DNA from: Bdellovibrionota bacterium FG-2
Lineage (GTDB): Bacteria; Bdellovibrionota; UBA1018
Direction: 5' to 3'
Length of the DNA: 28,873 bases
Assembly: GCA_051382305.1 (NCBI GenBank)
Contig: JBBCAV010000273.1
Coordinates: 1 to 28,873, forward strand
The translations under genes were made by a program, and so were the position numbers. Shown here piece after piece: positions 9,876-18,869 of the stretch; the first letter of the stretch is position 1; every line of letters begins with the position of its first letter. The notes under the pieces are model-generated. The model made no database searches. It saw nothing but the letters and a program-made list of their open reading frames with translations, and was not told where the DNA came from.

Positions 9876-10937
9876 CTAGTACTGATCCTGAGGGATCGCC
9901 ATCACACGACGCAAAACCCCAGAAAGTTCATTGCGCCACATCATCCAATTATGTAACGCTGGGACCTTACGAAAGGTCATTTGAATGCCGATGCGCACTG
10001 ATTCTTGCGCCACTTTTTCATTGAACTCATTCATCGGCAAAGTCTCGTACGAGCCGACTGAATTGAAAGCACGAAAGAGGGTCACCGTATTCATGCCAGC
10101 AAGTAAATTAACCATGCGTCCTTCGTCCCACCAAAAAGAACCTGACTGAGACACGACATTTCCAAAAACTTCAGGATACTTTACCGCCGTAAAAAAACTG
10201 ATCAGCCCCCCCAAAGAAGGACCCACAATCACCCGTTGATTTCTGCCTACCGAAGCCCCGAGTTTTTGCTCCACTTCGGGCACTAACGAAGTCGCAACAA
10301 AACGAACATAGTCTTCGTTTAACGCATACTCCCGATTTCGATCTTTGGGAGGAATCAATATCGCTACAATTGCAGGCATATCCGGCTGATTACTCAGGTT
10401 TGCCACGAGGTTCGCAATTGCGCCTTTTTCGAGATAATCACCGCCATCCTGGAAATAAGCGTAAAATCTAGGCTTGATCATCGTGCGTTTGACAGCAGGC
10501 AAAAGAACCGTAAGGTTTCTTTTGGTGCCCTCCCAGTCTTTGACCACCACCGTTTTCTGCAAGTGAGGAATCACCCCTAATTGCCGATCTAGGAGGGGAT
10601 CTTCTTGAAAATCAGGAAACGCCCAAACAGAATTATACCCCCCAAGCCCGTCTTTTTGTTGTTGTGGATTATTGGGATCCGTTTCCCAGTGTCCATCGAC
10701 CACGAACTTGTAACGAATAAAGGGCAACCAGGGCTCAGCAAACTTGAACTCATATTTCCCAGGCTCGACTTCTGGCATCGGATACCGCGTGGCATCCCAT
10801 TGACCCAGATCGCTTGCGAAAAAAACTTTTTGGCCAGGGACACCTGAAAAGTAGGAGAGCGTCTGTTCGTTCGCACGTGCGACACTTGTGAGTGCCGTTA
10901 GACCTAGGATAAGAGCGAGTCCCAGAAATTTCGCCAT
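9876..10937 (-). CDS. Secreted alpha/beta-hydrolase (Fes/enterochelin-esterase-like) with N-terminal CBM48/AMPK-type glycogen-binding domain
   Basis: Signal peptide MAKFLGL...ARA; YKFVVDGHWETDPNNP...DGLGGYNS (CBM48); QDGGDY, GPSLGG nucleophile elbow, SQSGSFW, HNW. ATG at 10937 has RBS GGGGGGA. Confidence 0.85.
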   Translation of the reverse strand: MAKFLGLALILGLTALTSVARANEQTLSYFSGVPGQKVFFASDLGQWDATRYPMPEVEPGKYEFKFAEPWLPFIRYKFVVDGHWETDPNNPQQQKDGLGGYNSVWAFPDFQEDPLLDRQLGVIPHLQKTVVVKDWEGTKRNLTVLLPAVKRTMIKPRFYAYFQDGGDYLEKGAIANLVANLSNQPDMPAIVAILIPPKDRNREYALNEDYVRFVATSLVPEVEQKLGASVGRNQRVIVGPSLGGLISFFTAVKYPEVFGNVVSQSGSFWWDEGRMVNLLAGMNTVTLFRAFNSVGSYETLPMNEFNEKVAQESVRIGIQMTFRKVPALHNWMMWRNELSGVLRRVMAIPQDQY

Positions 10938-11205
10938 ATTCCCCCCCGGAAACCTCACAAAGCTACCAAGCAAGCGGGTGGGTGACAACTTAAAAACCGA
11001 GCTCGGCGTTCTCCTCAAGCGCGTAATGAATGTAACTTCTCTTTGAGATGTGAACCTACATCTCTATAACCCTTGGGGGATTAGCATAACCCATAACGCC
11101 ACATGTTAAGATATTTAACACCTTGTTTCATGATTAGTTTCGGCTCCGATTTTCGATCGCGGCGGCTGGTATTCGGGCAGAATATCGAATAATTACGACC
11201 CCATT

Positions 11206-11222
11206 CAGGTCCAAGACTTGCT
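11206..11222 (+). promoter_or_regulatory. Possible sigma-54 (-24/-12) promoter for the coiled-coil gene
   Basis: CAGGTCCAAGACTTGCT has GG-N10-GC with a good TTGCT -12 box, about 40 nt before RBS AAGGAG/ATG 11264; the -24 box is imperfect. Confidence 0.35.
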
Positions 11223-11263
11223 CACTTGCCAAGCTAAACCTAAATCGATAAGGAGTTAACTCA

Positions 11264-11872
11264 ATGCCAATTCAGAAAACACTGCCTCACAAGTCTAACG
11301 ATCTCCCCGCCACCCGAGGAATGCTCAAACTCGTTAATAGCGAATTAAAGGCGGACAATCGCGCGCTTCGATCAGAAATGAAAGCAGGGTTTTCCGGTGT
11401 TAGCGCTGAATTCAAAAAAGTCACGGCCAGATTCAAAGATGTCGATGGCGGATTTAATGGAGTCAAAGCTCAGTTCAAAGACGTCGATGCACAGTTTAGT
11501 AAGGTGAACGCGCGATTCAATGAAGTTGACGCGCGATTCAATGAAGTTGACGCGCGATTCAATGCCATAGATGCCAGATTTTGTGAAGTCGACGCGCGAT
11601 TTAATGCCGTAGATGCCAGATTTGCCCGAGTAGATGCTCGTTTCGATGAAGTCGATGCTCGATTTAACAAAGTCGACGCCAAACTCGAAACCGTTCTCTC
11701 TGAAGTCTCACGAATCGGAAATTTGGTGGAAGAACAAAACGCTAACAACCGAATCGTCTTGGAAGGCCTCACGGGCCTTTGGCAGCGGCAAGAGAGGTTT
11801 GAATCTCGTCTTACCGAAGAAGTTGAAAAAACGGTCGCTCATGCGCTGAGCCAAAAGAAGGGTCGCATATGA
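11264..11872 (+). CDS. Coiled-coil heptad-repeat protein (VDARFxx)n, unknown function
   Basis: About 15 consecutive heptads with V/F core positions; strong RBS AAGGAG. Confidence 0.85.
   Translation: MPIQKTLPHKSNDLPATRGMLKLVNSELKADNRALRSEMKAGFSGVSAEFKKVTARFKDVDGGFNGVKAQFKDVDAQFSKVNARFNEVDARFNEVDARFNAIDARFCEVDARFNAVDARFARVDARFDEVDARFNKVDAKLETVLSEVSRIGNLVEEQNANNRIVLEGLTGLWQRQERFESRLTEEVEKTVAHALSQKKGRI
11508..11564 (+). repeat. 21-bp coding tandem repeat, ~2.7 perfect copies within a longer degenerate array (~11378-11692)
   Basis: ACGCGCGATTCAATGAAGTTG at 11508 and 11529, partial copy at 11550. Confidence 0.9.
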
Positions 11873-12312
11873 ATAAGTTCACAGTTCTATTCATCGGAGT
11901 TCTATTGAGCCTCGTCGCCTCCGCAGATGAAGCCTCTCATCAATGCCAGGTGATTAAAACAACCCAGTTTTATAATGCGCAATCCATGAAGTTTGAGGGA
12001 TTCACTCGCGCTCAAAGCCTATGGTTTCCCGTGACAAGTAAACCTCACGAAGATTCATACACGATCCCTTTAAGTAATGAGCTCGGATCAAGTGATGAAA
12101 CGGTGAGCGTTTGGACCGGGACCGTATTAAGTCAACCCGACGGAGATCTGATCCAAGCTAACGCCACTTTTGTAATTCAAGGCCAAACCGAGAATGCGGC
12201 CCTGGCAATGTCTGTGAAATCCCCCTTCACCTTTACAACACGCGACTTAGATTATGAGTCCAACGGAAAGTTCTGCATGGTGGCGGTTGATCTGAAGTGC
12301 GTTTCGAAATAG
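11869..12312 (+). CDS. Secreted hypothetical protein
   Basis: Signal peptide ending ASA-DE; ATGA overlap with the upstream gene; Cys near both ends; beta-rich. Confidence 0.75.
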   Translation: MNKFTVLFIGVLLSLVASADEASHQCQVIKTTQFYNAQSMKFEGFTRAQSLWFPVTSKPHEDSYTIPLSNELGSSDETVSVWTGTVLSQPDGDLIQANATFVIQGQTENAALAMSVKSPFTFTTRDLDYESNGKFCMVAVDLKCVSK

Positions 12313-12440
12313 AACCGGCCTGCTCGCCGTAACTCCCAGCGGTCGGCCACACAACAACGCCGCGCATCCAGCCCCCAAAATTCAAGCATCTTTCCCCTTG
12401 TTTCTCATTTTTGAAACCAGTAGGCTCGCATCACCTAAAA

Positions 12441-14150
12441 ATGAGCACCTACGTCGTACTTGCAAGAAAATGGCGCCCCGCACAGTTTACTGACATTGTC
12501 GGCCAGGGACATGTCGTCCGAACCCTCGCCAACGCGATTCAACACAAGCGCCTGCATCACGCCTTTTTATTCACAGGCTCACGCGGTATCGGCAAAACCT
12601 CTATCGCCCGCATTTTTTCAAAGGTCATTCGCTGCGAAAACACGAAAGAAGAAAACGGCTGGTTGAAATCTTGTGACGCCTGCTCTAGTTGCAAAGAGAT
12701 CGCTGGTGGCAACAGCGTCGACGTCATCGAAATCGATGGTGCCTCCAACAACGGTGTCGATGCTGTTAGAGAAATTCGTGAAAACACGCGCTACCTGCCG
12801 GCAAGCGGCTCTCGCAAGATTTACATCATCGATGAAGTTCACATGCTCACGACAGCGGCCTTCAATGCACTTTTAAAGACGCTTGAAGAACCTCCTCCAC
12901 ATGTTATTTTTGTCTTCGCCACGACCGAGCCACATAAGATTCCGGCCACGATTCTCTCGCGCGTGCAGCGTTTTGATTTCAAGCGGGTCACTTCGTTTGA
13001 GAGCCAAAAACGACTTCAAGAGATTACGACCGCCGAGGGAGTTCAGATTGAGCCCGCCGCTTTAGCTCTCATCGCACGCGCAGCCGAAGGCAGCATGCGC
13101 GATGCGCTTTCAATCCTGGATCAGGTTATTTCTTTTTGTGGCAACACCATTACCGCTAAATCCGTACGAGAGTGCGTGGGACTGACCGAAACACAAACCC
13201 TGCTAGGTATTCTCAAAGGAATCTACGAGAGAAAACCGCTCGATTCACTCGCGCTTATTGACCAGGTTTTTCAGCAAGGCCACGACCTGCGAGTCCTCAC
13301 CCGCAGTCTTATTGAAACACTGCATGCTTCAATTCTGGCTAAAGTGGGCGCGCCACCCTCTGCCGTGGTTGAGTTTTCAGAAGAAGAGCGCCAGGAGCTT
13401 GCGGCAGTCTCTAAGCTTCGCCCGCTAGAGGAAATTGAGCTCATTTTCCAAGTTTTTCACCACGGCATCGATTGGATTGCTCGCTCGCCTCAACCTAAGA
13501 TTGTACTGGATGTCTTGGTCGTAAAATGTGCCACAGCCGAAATGCTCGTGCCTGTAGGCTCAGTCCCCGGTGTGGGCCCCACAAGCTCGGCGGTTACCGA
13601 TTCACGCCCTGCGGTTCCTATGTACGTCCCCTCCCCTCCGACTGCTGTCATTACTTCTCCTGCATCGGAGACGACTCCTGCGCCTCCTTCCGCAGCTTCC
13701 GCTGAAAAATCCTGGGCTGGATTCATAGAGCTTGTTCGTAAATCGCGCCCCCTTCTTGCTTCAATTTTGGAGCATGGCTCCTGCGCCGCCCTTCCCACAG
13801 CAGAACGCAAGGCCGTTAAGATCACCTTTGCTGCTGCGGATTCGTATTACAAAGAACAGCTTCAGTCCCGGGTTTACGCCGAACAACTTACACTTTTGGC
13901 GCGGGAATATTTTGTGCTCGCGCTTAATGTCCAGGTGGAGCATGGCGAGGGCCCCCAGGCTGAGACTTTGGCCGAGCGAAAGGAAAAAGATCTGCACGCC
14001 CGCGAAGAAGCCGCAAAGAGTGCCGTTCACAATCATCCCATTATTAAAGAGGCGAAAGCCTTGTTTGGCGCAGAACTCGGGGCCATTGTTTTAACTGATC
14101 CAGACGGCCAAGATGGCCCACGCGAAGGAAGTCATAGTGGAAAAAACTGA
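12441..14150 (+). CDS. dnaX: DNA polymerase III subunit gamma/tau
   Basis: YVVLARKWRP, GSRGIGKT, EIDGASNNGVD, IIDEVHML, FNALLKTLEEPP, GSMRDALS; ATG at 12441. Confidence 0.97.
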   Translation: MSTYVVLARKWRPAQFTDIVGQGHVVRTLANAIQHKRLHHAFLFTGSRGIGKTSIARIFSKVIRCENTKEENGWLKSCDACSSCKEIAGGNSVDVIEIDGASNNGVDAVREIRENTRYLPASGSRKIYIIDEVHMLTTAAFNALLKTLEEPPPHVIFVFATTEPHKIPATILSRVQRFDFKRVTSFESQKRLQEITTAEGVQIEPAALALIARAAEGSMRDALSILDQVISFCGNTITAKSVRECVGLTETQTLLGILKGIYERKPLDSLALIDQVFQQGHDLRVLTRSLIETLHASILAKVGAPPSAVVEFSEEERQELAAVSKLRPLEEIELIFQVFHHGIDWIARSPQPKIVLDVLVVKCATAEMLVPVGSVPGVGPTSSAVTDSRPAVPMYVPSPPTAVITSPASETTPAPPSAASAEKSWAGFIELVRKSRPLLASILEHGSCAALPTAERKAVKITFAAADSYYKEQLQSRVYAEQLTLLAREYFVLALNVQVEHGEGPQAETLAERKEKDLHAREEAAKSAVHNHPIIKEAKALFGAELGAIVLTDPDGQDGPREGSHSGKN

Positions 14151-14766
14151 GTTTCCGCGCCCCCACAAACAAGATCCCGTTTCGAGGCTCGTATTTGAAC
14201 TCTCGAAATTGCCGGGAATTGGCGAAAAAACCGCGACTCGTCTAACATATTTCATTTTGAAACAAGATACGAGCTACGCACGAGCGCTTTCTGAGGCTCT
14301 CCTAAACGCCAAGGAAAAAATTGTTCTATGCGGCCGGTGCTTCACCTTCACCGATATGAACCCTTGCCGAATTTGTTCGGACCAGAATCGAGACACCCAC
14401 ACCCTTTGTGTGGTCGAGCGCCCTTCGGACGTTTACTCAATCGAACAAGCGGGAGCCTTTCGTGGGCTTTATCATGTGCTTCATGGTGCACTTTCACCTT
14501 TAGATGGGATTGGGCCTGATGATTTAAAGATTCGGGAACTGATTCAAAAAATCGCTCAACCCGAAAACTCAGCGCACGAGATTATTTTGGCGACAAATCC
14601 CAGTGTAGAAGGCGAAGCGACTTCTTTGTACCTCTCTCGCCTACTCAAGCCACTTGGGGTTCGCCTCACCAAGTTAGCTCACGGGCTCCCAGTGGGGGGA
14701 CTTTTAGAGTACTCAGATCGTCAAACCATCGGAAAAGCCCTACAAAACCGAATTGAGATTCACTGA
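14137..14766 (+). CDS. recR: Recombination mediator RecR
   Basis: LPGIGEKTA (HhH), CGRC...CRIC zinc finger, YHVLHGALSPLDGIGP, ATNPSVEGEAT (Toprim). GTG at 14137 has RBS GAAGGA; alternative ATG at 14113. Confidence 0.96.
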   Translation: MEKTEFPRPHKQDPVSRLVFELSKLPGIGEKTATRLTYFILKQDTSYARALSEALLNAKEKIVLCGRCFTFTDMNPCRICSDQNRDTHTLCVVERPSDVYSIEQAGAFRGLYHVLHGALSPLDGIGPDDLKIRELIQKIAQPENSAHEIILATNPSVEGEATSLYLSRLLKPLGVRLTKLAHGLPVGGLLEYSDRQTIGKALQNRIEIH

Positions 14767-14767
14767 A

Positions 14768-15361
14768 ATGAGTTTCATCAACTACGCCACCAAAGAGATT
14801 AACTGCAAAATCATTTACTGCGGACCCGGCCTTTCCGGTAAGACGACAAACGTTCAGTTCATTTACGAGCACACCCAAGCCGACGAAAAGGGCAAGCTCG
14901 TAACGCTAAGCACTGAGAATGAGCGGACGTTATTTTTTGATTTTTTGCCGCTCTCCGTCGGCGACGTGCGTGGGTACAAGACAAGATTTCATTTATATAC
15001 AATTCCCGGGCAAACTTTCTACGAAGTTTCGCGTCAATTTATTTTAAAGGGCGTCGATGGAATTGTTTTTGTTGCGGACAGCCAAAACGAACGCATGGAA
15101 TCAAACATAGAAAGCTTCGAATCACTAGAAAAGAGTCTAGACAAACAAGGTTACGACGTGACAAAAATCCCGCTAGTCTTTCAGTACAATAAGCGGGATT
15201 TGCCAGATGTCGTCCCAATTCGAGAACTTGAAGCAACGTTCAATGCAACGAAGCGGCCGAGTTTCGAAGCTGTGGCAAGCCGGGGCCGAGGCGTTATGGA
15301 GACGCTTCAAGCCATCGGTCAGAGTGTGATTCGTGAATTAAAAGGGGGAGTCGGATCATGA
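14768..15361 (+). CDS. mglA: MglA Ras-like polarity GTPase
   Basis: MSFINYATKEINCKIIYCGPGLSGKTT...RTLFFDFLP...YTIPGQ...QYNKRDLP, collinear with Myxococcus MglA. Confidence 0.95.
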   Translation: MSFINYATKEINCKIIYCGPGLSGKTTNVQFIYEHTQADEKGKLVTLSTENERTLFFDFLPLSVGDVRGYKTRFHLYTIPGQTFYEVSRQFILKGVDGIVFVADSQNERMESNIESFESLEKSLDKQGYDVTKIPLVFQYNKRDLPDVVPIRELEATFNATKRPSFEAVASRGRGVMETLQAIGQSVIRELKGGVGS

Positions 15362-15768
15362 ATAAAGATAAACTGAAGAAATTCAAAAAGGTTTTCGAAA
15401 ACCAACGAAACGCGATTCTATTTAATGATCGTGTGGTTCGCGAAGATTTTTCCGTTTGCGCTGATGACCGCTACGACGAACTTGATCAGGCTACGACTGA
15501 CATCGAACAGTCGATGCGCATGAGACTTCGTAATCGCGAAGTCCTTTACATCAAGAAAGTGAATGAAGCTCTTGTGCGCATCGAAGAGGGCACGTTTGGT
15601 GAATGCGACGAGTGTGGCGAAGACATTGAACTGCGCCGTCTCGAAGCACGTCCTACCGCGACTCTTTGTGTAAGCTGCAAAGAAGAATCAGAACGCAAAG
15701 AAGTTCTGACTGCGGCTGGACGCCTACATAAGAGCTTAGGCGAGACGTTTTCGCGCAGGTTTGCTTAA
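15358..15768 (+). CDS. dksA: DksA/TraR C4 zinc-finger protein
   Basis: DELDQA (DxxDxA) coiled-coil tip; CDEC...RLEARP...CVSC; ATGA overlap with mglA. Confidence 0.88.
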   Translation: MNKDKLKKFKKVFENQRNAILFNDRVVREDFSVCADDRYDELDQATTDIEQSMRMRLRNREVLYIKKVNEALVRIEEGTFGECDECGEDIELRRLEARPTATLCVSCKEESERKEVLTAAGRLHKSLGETFSRRFA

Positions 15769-15769
15769 A

Positions 15770-16558
15770 TCATTTCACGGCCTCGATGTTTGCCGACACA
15801 ACGTAATCGGTGATCTCGGTGCCTGGCGCCCATTTTTGGATGAAGGATTTGCTCAACTCTTTGGGTGATATGCGCACGTCTTTAAAGCCCGTAGCGTGAA
15901 GCATTTGCTCCAGTTCCGAAACAAGCACCGCTCCCGCGATACAACCTGTATAGAGATCGACGTTATTTTTGATGCTCTCTGGAATGGGAGCATTCGCCAC
16001 GACATCCGAAATCGCTAATCGGCCCCCGACCCTCAAGACTCGATAGAGCTCCGAGAAAACCCTAGGCTTATCCGGCGAAAGATTGATCACACAGTTGGAA
16101 ATCACCACATCAACCGAATGATCGGCGACGGGCAGATTCTCAATCTCGCCTAAGCGAAACTCCACGTTCGTATAGCTCGCTTTTTCTGCATTTGAACGGG
16201 CCTTGGAGATCATCTCCGGCGTCATGTCTACGCCAATGACTTGGCCCGTTTCACCCACCTGTTTTGCGGCCAGAAAACAATCAAAACCACCGCCACTGCC
16301 TAGATCCAGCACGGTTTCTCCAGTTTTGAGTGCGGCGATTGCTTGAGGATTGCCGCAACCCAACCCCATGTTTGCGCCCTCGGGGACAGCATTAACTTCG
16401 CTGGTCGTATACCCCATCGCCTGAGAACTCGCCTCAGAAGAGGGTGTCTCACTAGGGGAGCAGCAACTTGGGGCACATCCACAGGAGCTATTTTCTGCGA
16501 TCTTGCGATATTGATCGCGAACCTCTTGCCGAATTTCGTCGTGTTTTTTTTCTTTCAT
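15770..16558 (-). CDS. arsM: Arsenite S-adenosylmethionine methyltransferase
   Basis: GLGCGNP, LDLGSGGGFD, GVDMTPEM, SNCVINL, GCIAGA; N-terminal Cys cluster; ATG at 16558 with RBS AAGGAG. Confidence 0.95.
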   Translation of the reverse strand: MKEKKHDEIRQEVRDQYRKIAENSSCGCAPSCCSPSETPSSEASSQAMGYTTSEVNAVPEGANMGLGCGNPQAIAALKTGETVLDLGSGGGFDCFLAAKQVGETGQVIGVDMTPEMISKARSNAEKASYTNVEFRLGEIENLPVADHSVDVVISNCVINLSPDKPRVFSELYRVLRVGGRLAISDVVANAPIPESIKNNVDLYTGCIAGAVLVSELEQMLHATGFKDVRISPKELSKSFIQKWAPGTEITDYVVSANIEAVK

Positions 16559-16565
16559 AGCTTTT

Positions 16566-18293
16566 TCAGATCTCCTTCCAAGGAACAATGATAATGTTTT
16601 TAGCCAATCCATTCTGCACTCTTTGAATCTGCGCCACTTCGTGATGCGCACGACTCGCTAAAACTGGATCTTGAGTTTGATTGCCCACAAGACACTGATT
16701 GATCACCCAGGCGTAGGGCTCAATTTCCGCGCGTCTAAGATCCTTCTGAAGCGCTTCGGCCTCACTCACCAGAGTTGTCTCAGGGAGGGTAACAATAAGT
16801 AGTTTGGTGAATTTCGGATCCTTAATCCGCATCATGGGCGTAGTGACGTGCAACGTAGCTCCATCATGACCCATTTTTTTCATGACTTCCTTGTGGTACG
16901 AGCCGGCGGCATCCAAGAGAAGCAACATATGGCCCGTAGGGGCAGTATCCATGACTACAAAGTGGTCGCGCGCCTCATTTACGATTTTAGAAAAAGCGCG
17001 AAACACCGCAACCTCCTCGGTACAAGGAGAGCGAAGGTCCTCATTGAGGAGCGCCAGCCCTTCTTTGTCGAGACCTTTGCCAGCCGTCTCGATGACTTGT
17101 TGGGTATAATTCTGGGTTTCGATCTTGGGGTCGATCCTTGTGACCCGCAGACTCGGAAGTTTTTCTTGCCCTGCCAAGTTCGCCTCCAAATGTGCCGCGG
17201 GGTCCGTGGTTGTTAAGTGAACCGGATACCCCCTCGAGGCAAGATGAGTGGCGATCGCAACAGCGATAGTCGTTTTACCAACGCCGCCCTTCCCCATCAC
17301 CATGACGAGACATCGTCCGTCTGCGACTATTCCGTCAACCAACTTTTCAATGGTTAAGGTTCCAGCGGGGATCGCAACAGGGGTGGCGGCTTCCGGGAGT
17401 ACGACGGATACGTCAAAGAAACTCCTCAAAGACTGAATCCCCACCAGGTTGTGAGGCTTAAGCTCAAAGAGCGCGCGCTCCTTAGAAACTAGTCCCTGAG
17501 GAATGCCCTCAAGAGCTTTATTCACGCGTGATTCAAACGCGAGTGCGATTTTGTCCGAGCGGTTCTGCGCTCTAAATACGGCGTTAATGGCTAATTGCTG
17601 ATTAAGGAGTCCGATACCCTCGAGTTCGTGAGAGGTTCGCTCCGCCTCGGCAATCGCTATGGGATCAGGACGTGTGACAAGCACAACGGTCGTTTCGGTG
17701 GGATTTCGAAGTGTTTGGACCGCTTGTTCATAGCGCTCGCGCTGATTATTGAGAGCAGAGCTGGGTCCAAGACAAGAGGCGCCGTGAGTCGAGGTCGTCA
17801 AAAAATCCGTCCATGCAGAGGGGAGACTCAAAAGTCTGAGGGTGTGCCCCGTGGGTGCGGTGTCAAAAATGATATGATCAAAATTTAAGGTCATCTCACT
17901 ATTGAGCAGAAGGCTTGTGAACTCATCGAACGCCGCGACCTCAACAGTACAGGCACCTGAGAGCTGTTCTTCCATATTGCGAATGGAGTCCGGTGGAAGA
18001 ACTTGTCGATAAGGCCCAATGGATCGCTCACGATACGCTTTAGCAGCAGCCTCGGGGTCGATATTCAGTGCAAACAGATTTTTAACTTCAGGAATCGCTA
18101 TCGGATTTGAAGCCAATCGAACGCCCAACACTTCATCGAGATTGGATGCAGGGTCCGTACTGACTAGCAGAACTTTTTTGCCATGATCGGCAAGCCGAAC
18201 GGCCGTCGCGCATGCAATTGATGTTTTTCCGACTCCACCTTTACCAGTGAAAAAGAGGTAATGAGTCGTTTTCTCGATAAAAGTGTCACCCAC
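16566..18293 (-). CDS. arsA: Arsenical pump-driving ATPase
   Basis: Two GKGGVGKT and two DTAPTGH motifs; metalloid Cys in GACT, ASCL and SPCT. True start is probably GTG 18293, not 18563. Confidence 0.96.
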   Translation of the reverse strand: MGDTFIEKTTHYLFFTGKGGVGKTSIACATAVRLADHGKKVLLVSTDPASNLDEVLGVRLASNPIAIPEVKNLFALNIDPEAAAKAYRERSIGPYRQVLPPDSIRNMEEQLSGACTVEVAAFDEFTSLLLNSEMTLNFDHIIFDTAPTGHTLRLLSLPSAWTDFLTTSTHGASCLGPSSALNNQRERYEQAVQTLRNPTETTVVLVTRPDPIAIAEAERTSHELEGIGLLNQQLAINAVFRAQNRSDKIALAFESRVNKALEGIPQGLVSKERALFELKPHNLVGIQSLRSFFDVSVVLPEAATPVAIPAGTLTIEKLVDGIVADGRCLVMVMGKGGVGKTTIAVAIATHLASRGYPVHLTTTDPAAHLEANLAGQEKLPSLRVTRIDPKIETQNYTQQVIETAGKGLDKEGLALLNEDLRSPCTEEVAVFRAFSKIVNEARDHFVVMDTAPTGHMLLLLDAAGSYHKEVMKKMGHDGATLHVTTPMMRIKDPKFTKLLIVTLPETTLVSEAEALQKDLRRAEIEPYAWVINQCLVGNQTQDPVLASRAHHEVAQIQRVQNGLAKNIIIVPWKEI

Positions 18294-18840
18294 AACACTT
18301 CCCGCCCTTATCCGTATCAGCCTCTTCAAGAAACTTCTCAGCCAGCGCGAGTACCGCGCGAGCAGGACTGTTCTTGACGGCATTGGCCAAATCGACACTC
18401 TGACGAATATCTTCTTTGGAAACTCCCAACTTTCGGGCCTCGCTATAGTGATATTTAAAACACGGTTCGCAATTAGAAGCGATCGCCGCCCCGATTGCCA
18501 CGAGTTCACGCACAGAATTTGTGAAGATGCTGGCTTGAAACTCGACCCCCGCAATGCCTGCAAGTGCTTCTCGTGAAAGATATTTTCCAGTAGACGCTAT
18601 CTTGCCGTCCACCAAAATAAGCGGAAGGCACCTATTTCCATCTTGCGTAAGCGTGTTTTTTACCAACACCGTGTTCACGAATTTTTCTGGGTTTTGTGAA
18701 AGATTGTAGCGCCCAATCTCAACACCTTGGCGCTTGAGCCACTCAAGATCACCTGCAAAGCGAACAAGCTCCGGGTCCACTTCCGAACCACAGACTCCCG
18801 TTGAACAACACATCGGTGGGTCAAAAACTTCTAACATCAT
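18286..18840 (-). CDS. arsD: ArsD arsenite metallochaperone fused to a C-terminal AhpD/CMD-like domain
   Basis: DPPMCCSTGVCG ArsD motif in the first ~100 aa, then RELVAIGAAIASNCEPCFKYH..EARKLGVSKEDI (CMD/AhpD core) and terminal KCCG. Confidence 0.9.
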   Translation of the reverse strand: MMLEVFDPPMCCSTGVCGSEVDPELVRFAGDLEWLKRQGVEIGRYNLSQNPEKFVNTVLVKNTLTQDGNRCLPLILVDGKIASTGKYLSREALAGIAGVEFQASIFTNSVRELVAIGAAIASNCEPCFKYHYSEARKLGVSKEDIRQSVDLANAVKNSPARAVLALAEKFLEEADTDKGGKCCG

Positions 18841-18869
18841 GGTGTACCTCTACTCCGTATTTTTTGCGA

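Noticed and set aside
11065-11092. ATAACCCTTGGGG and TAGCATAACCC resemble pieces of the T7 terminator
   Set aside because: The fragments are short and in the wrong order, with no second stem arm or other vector sequence; likely coincidence.
11044-11120. Short inverted repeats GAGATGT/ACATCTC and TGTTAA/TTAACA in the divergent intergenic region
   Set aside because: They could be operators, but 6-7 bp arms with no assignable regulator are insufficient support.
11378-11692. Repeat array as a possible CRISPR
   Set aside because: Contiguous 21-bp in-frame coding repeats with no spacers and no cas genes.
12313-12440. Expected SRP RNA (ffs) or tRNA upstream of dnaX
   Set aside because: No SRP GGAA-tetraloop/AGCAG motif or tRNA T-loop/cloverleaf found.
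18294-18563. N-terminal extension of the 665-aa ArsA ORF
   Set aside because: It overlaps the arsD-CMD gene in another frame; ArsA similarity starts near GTG 18293.
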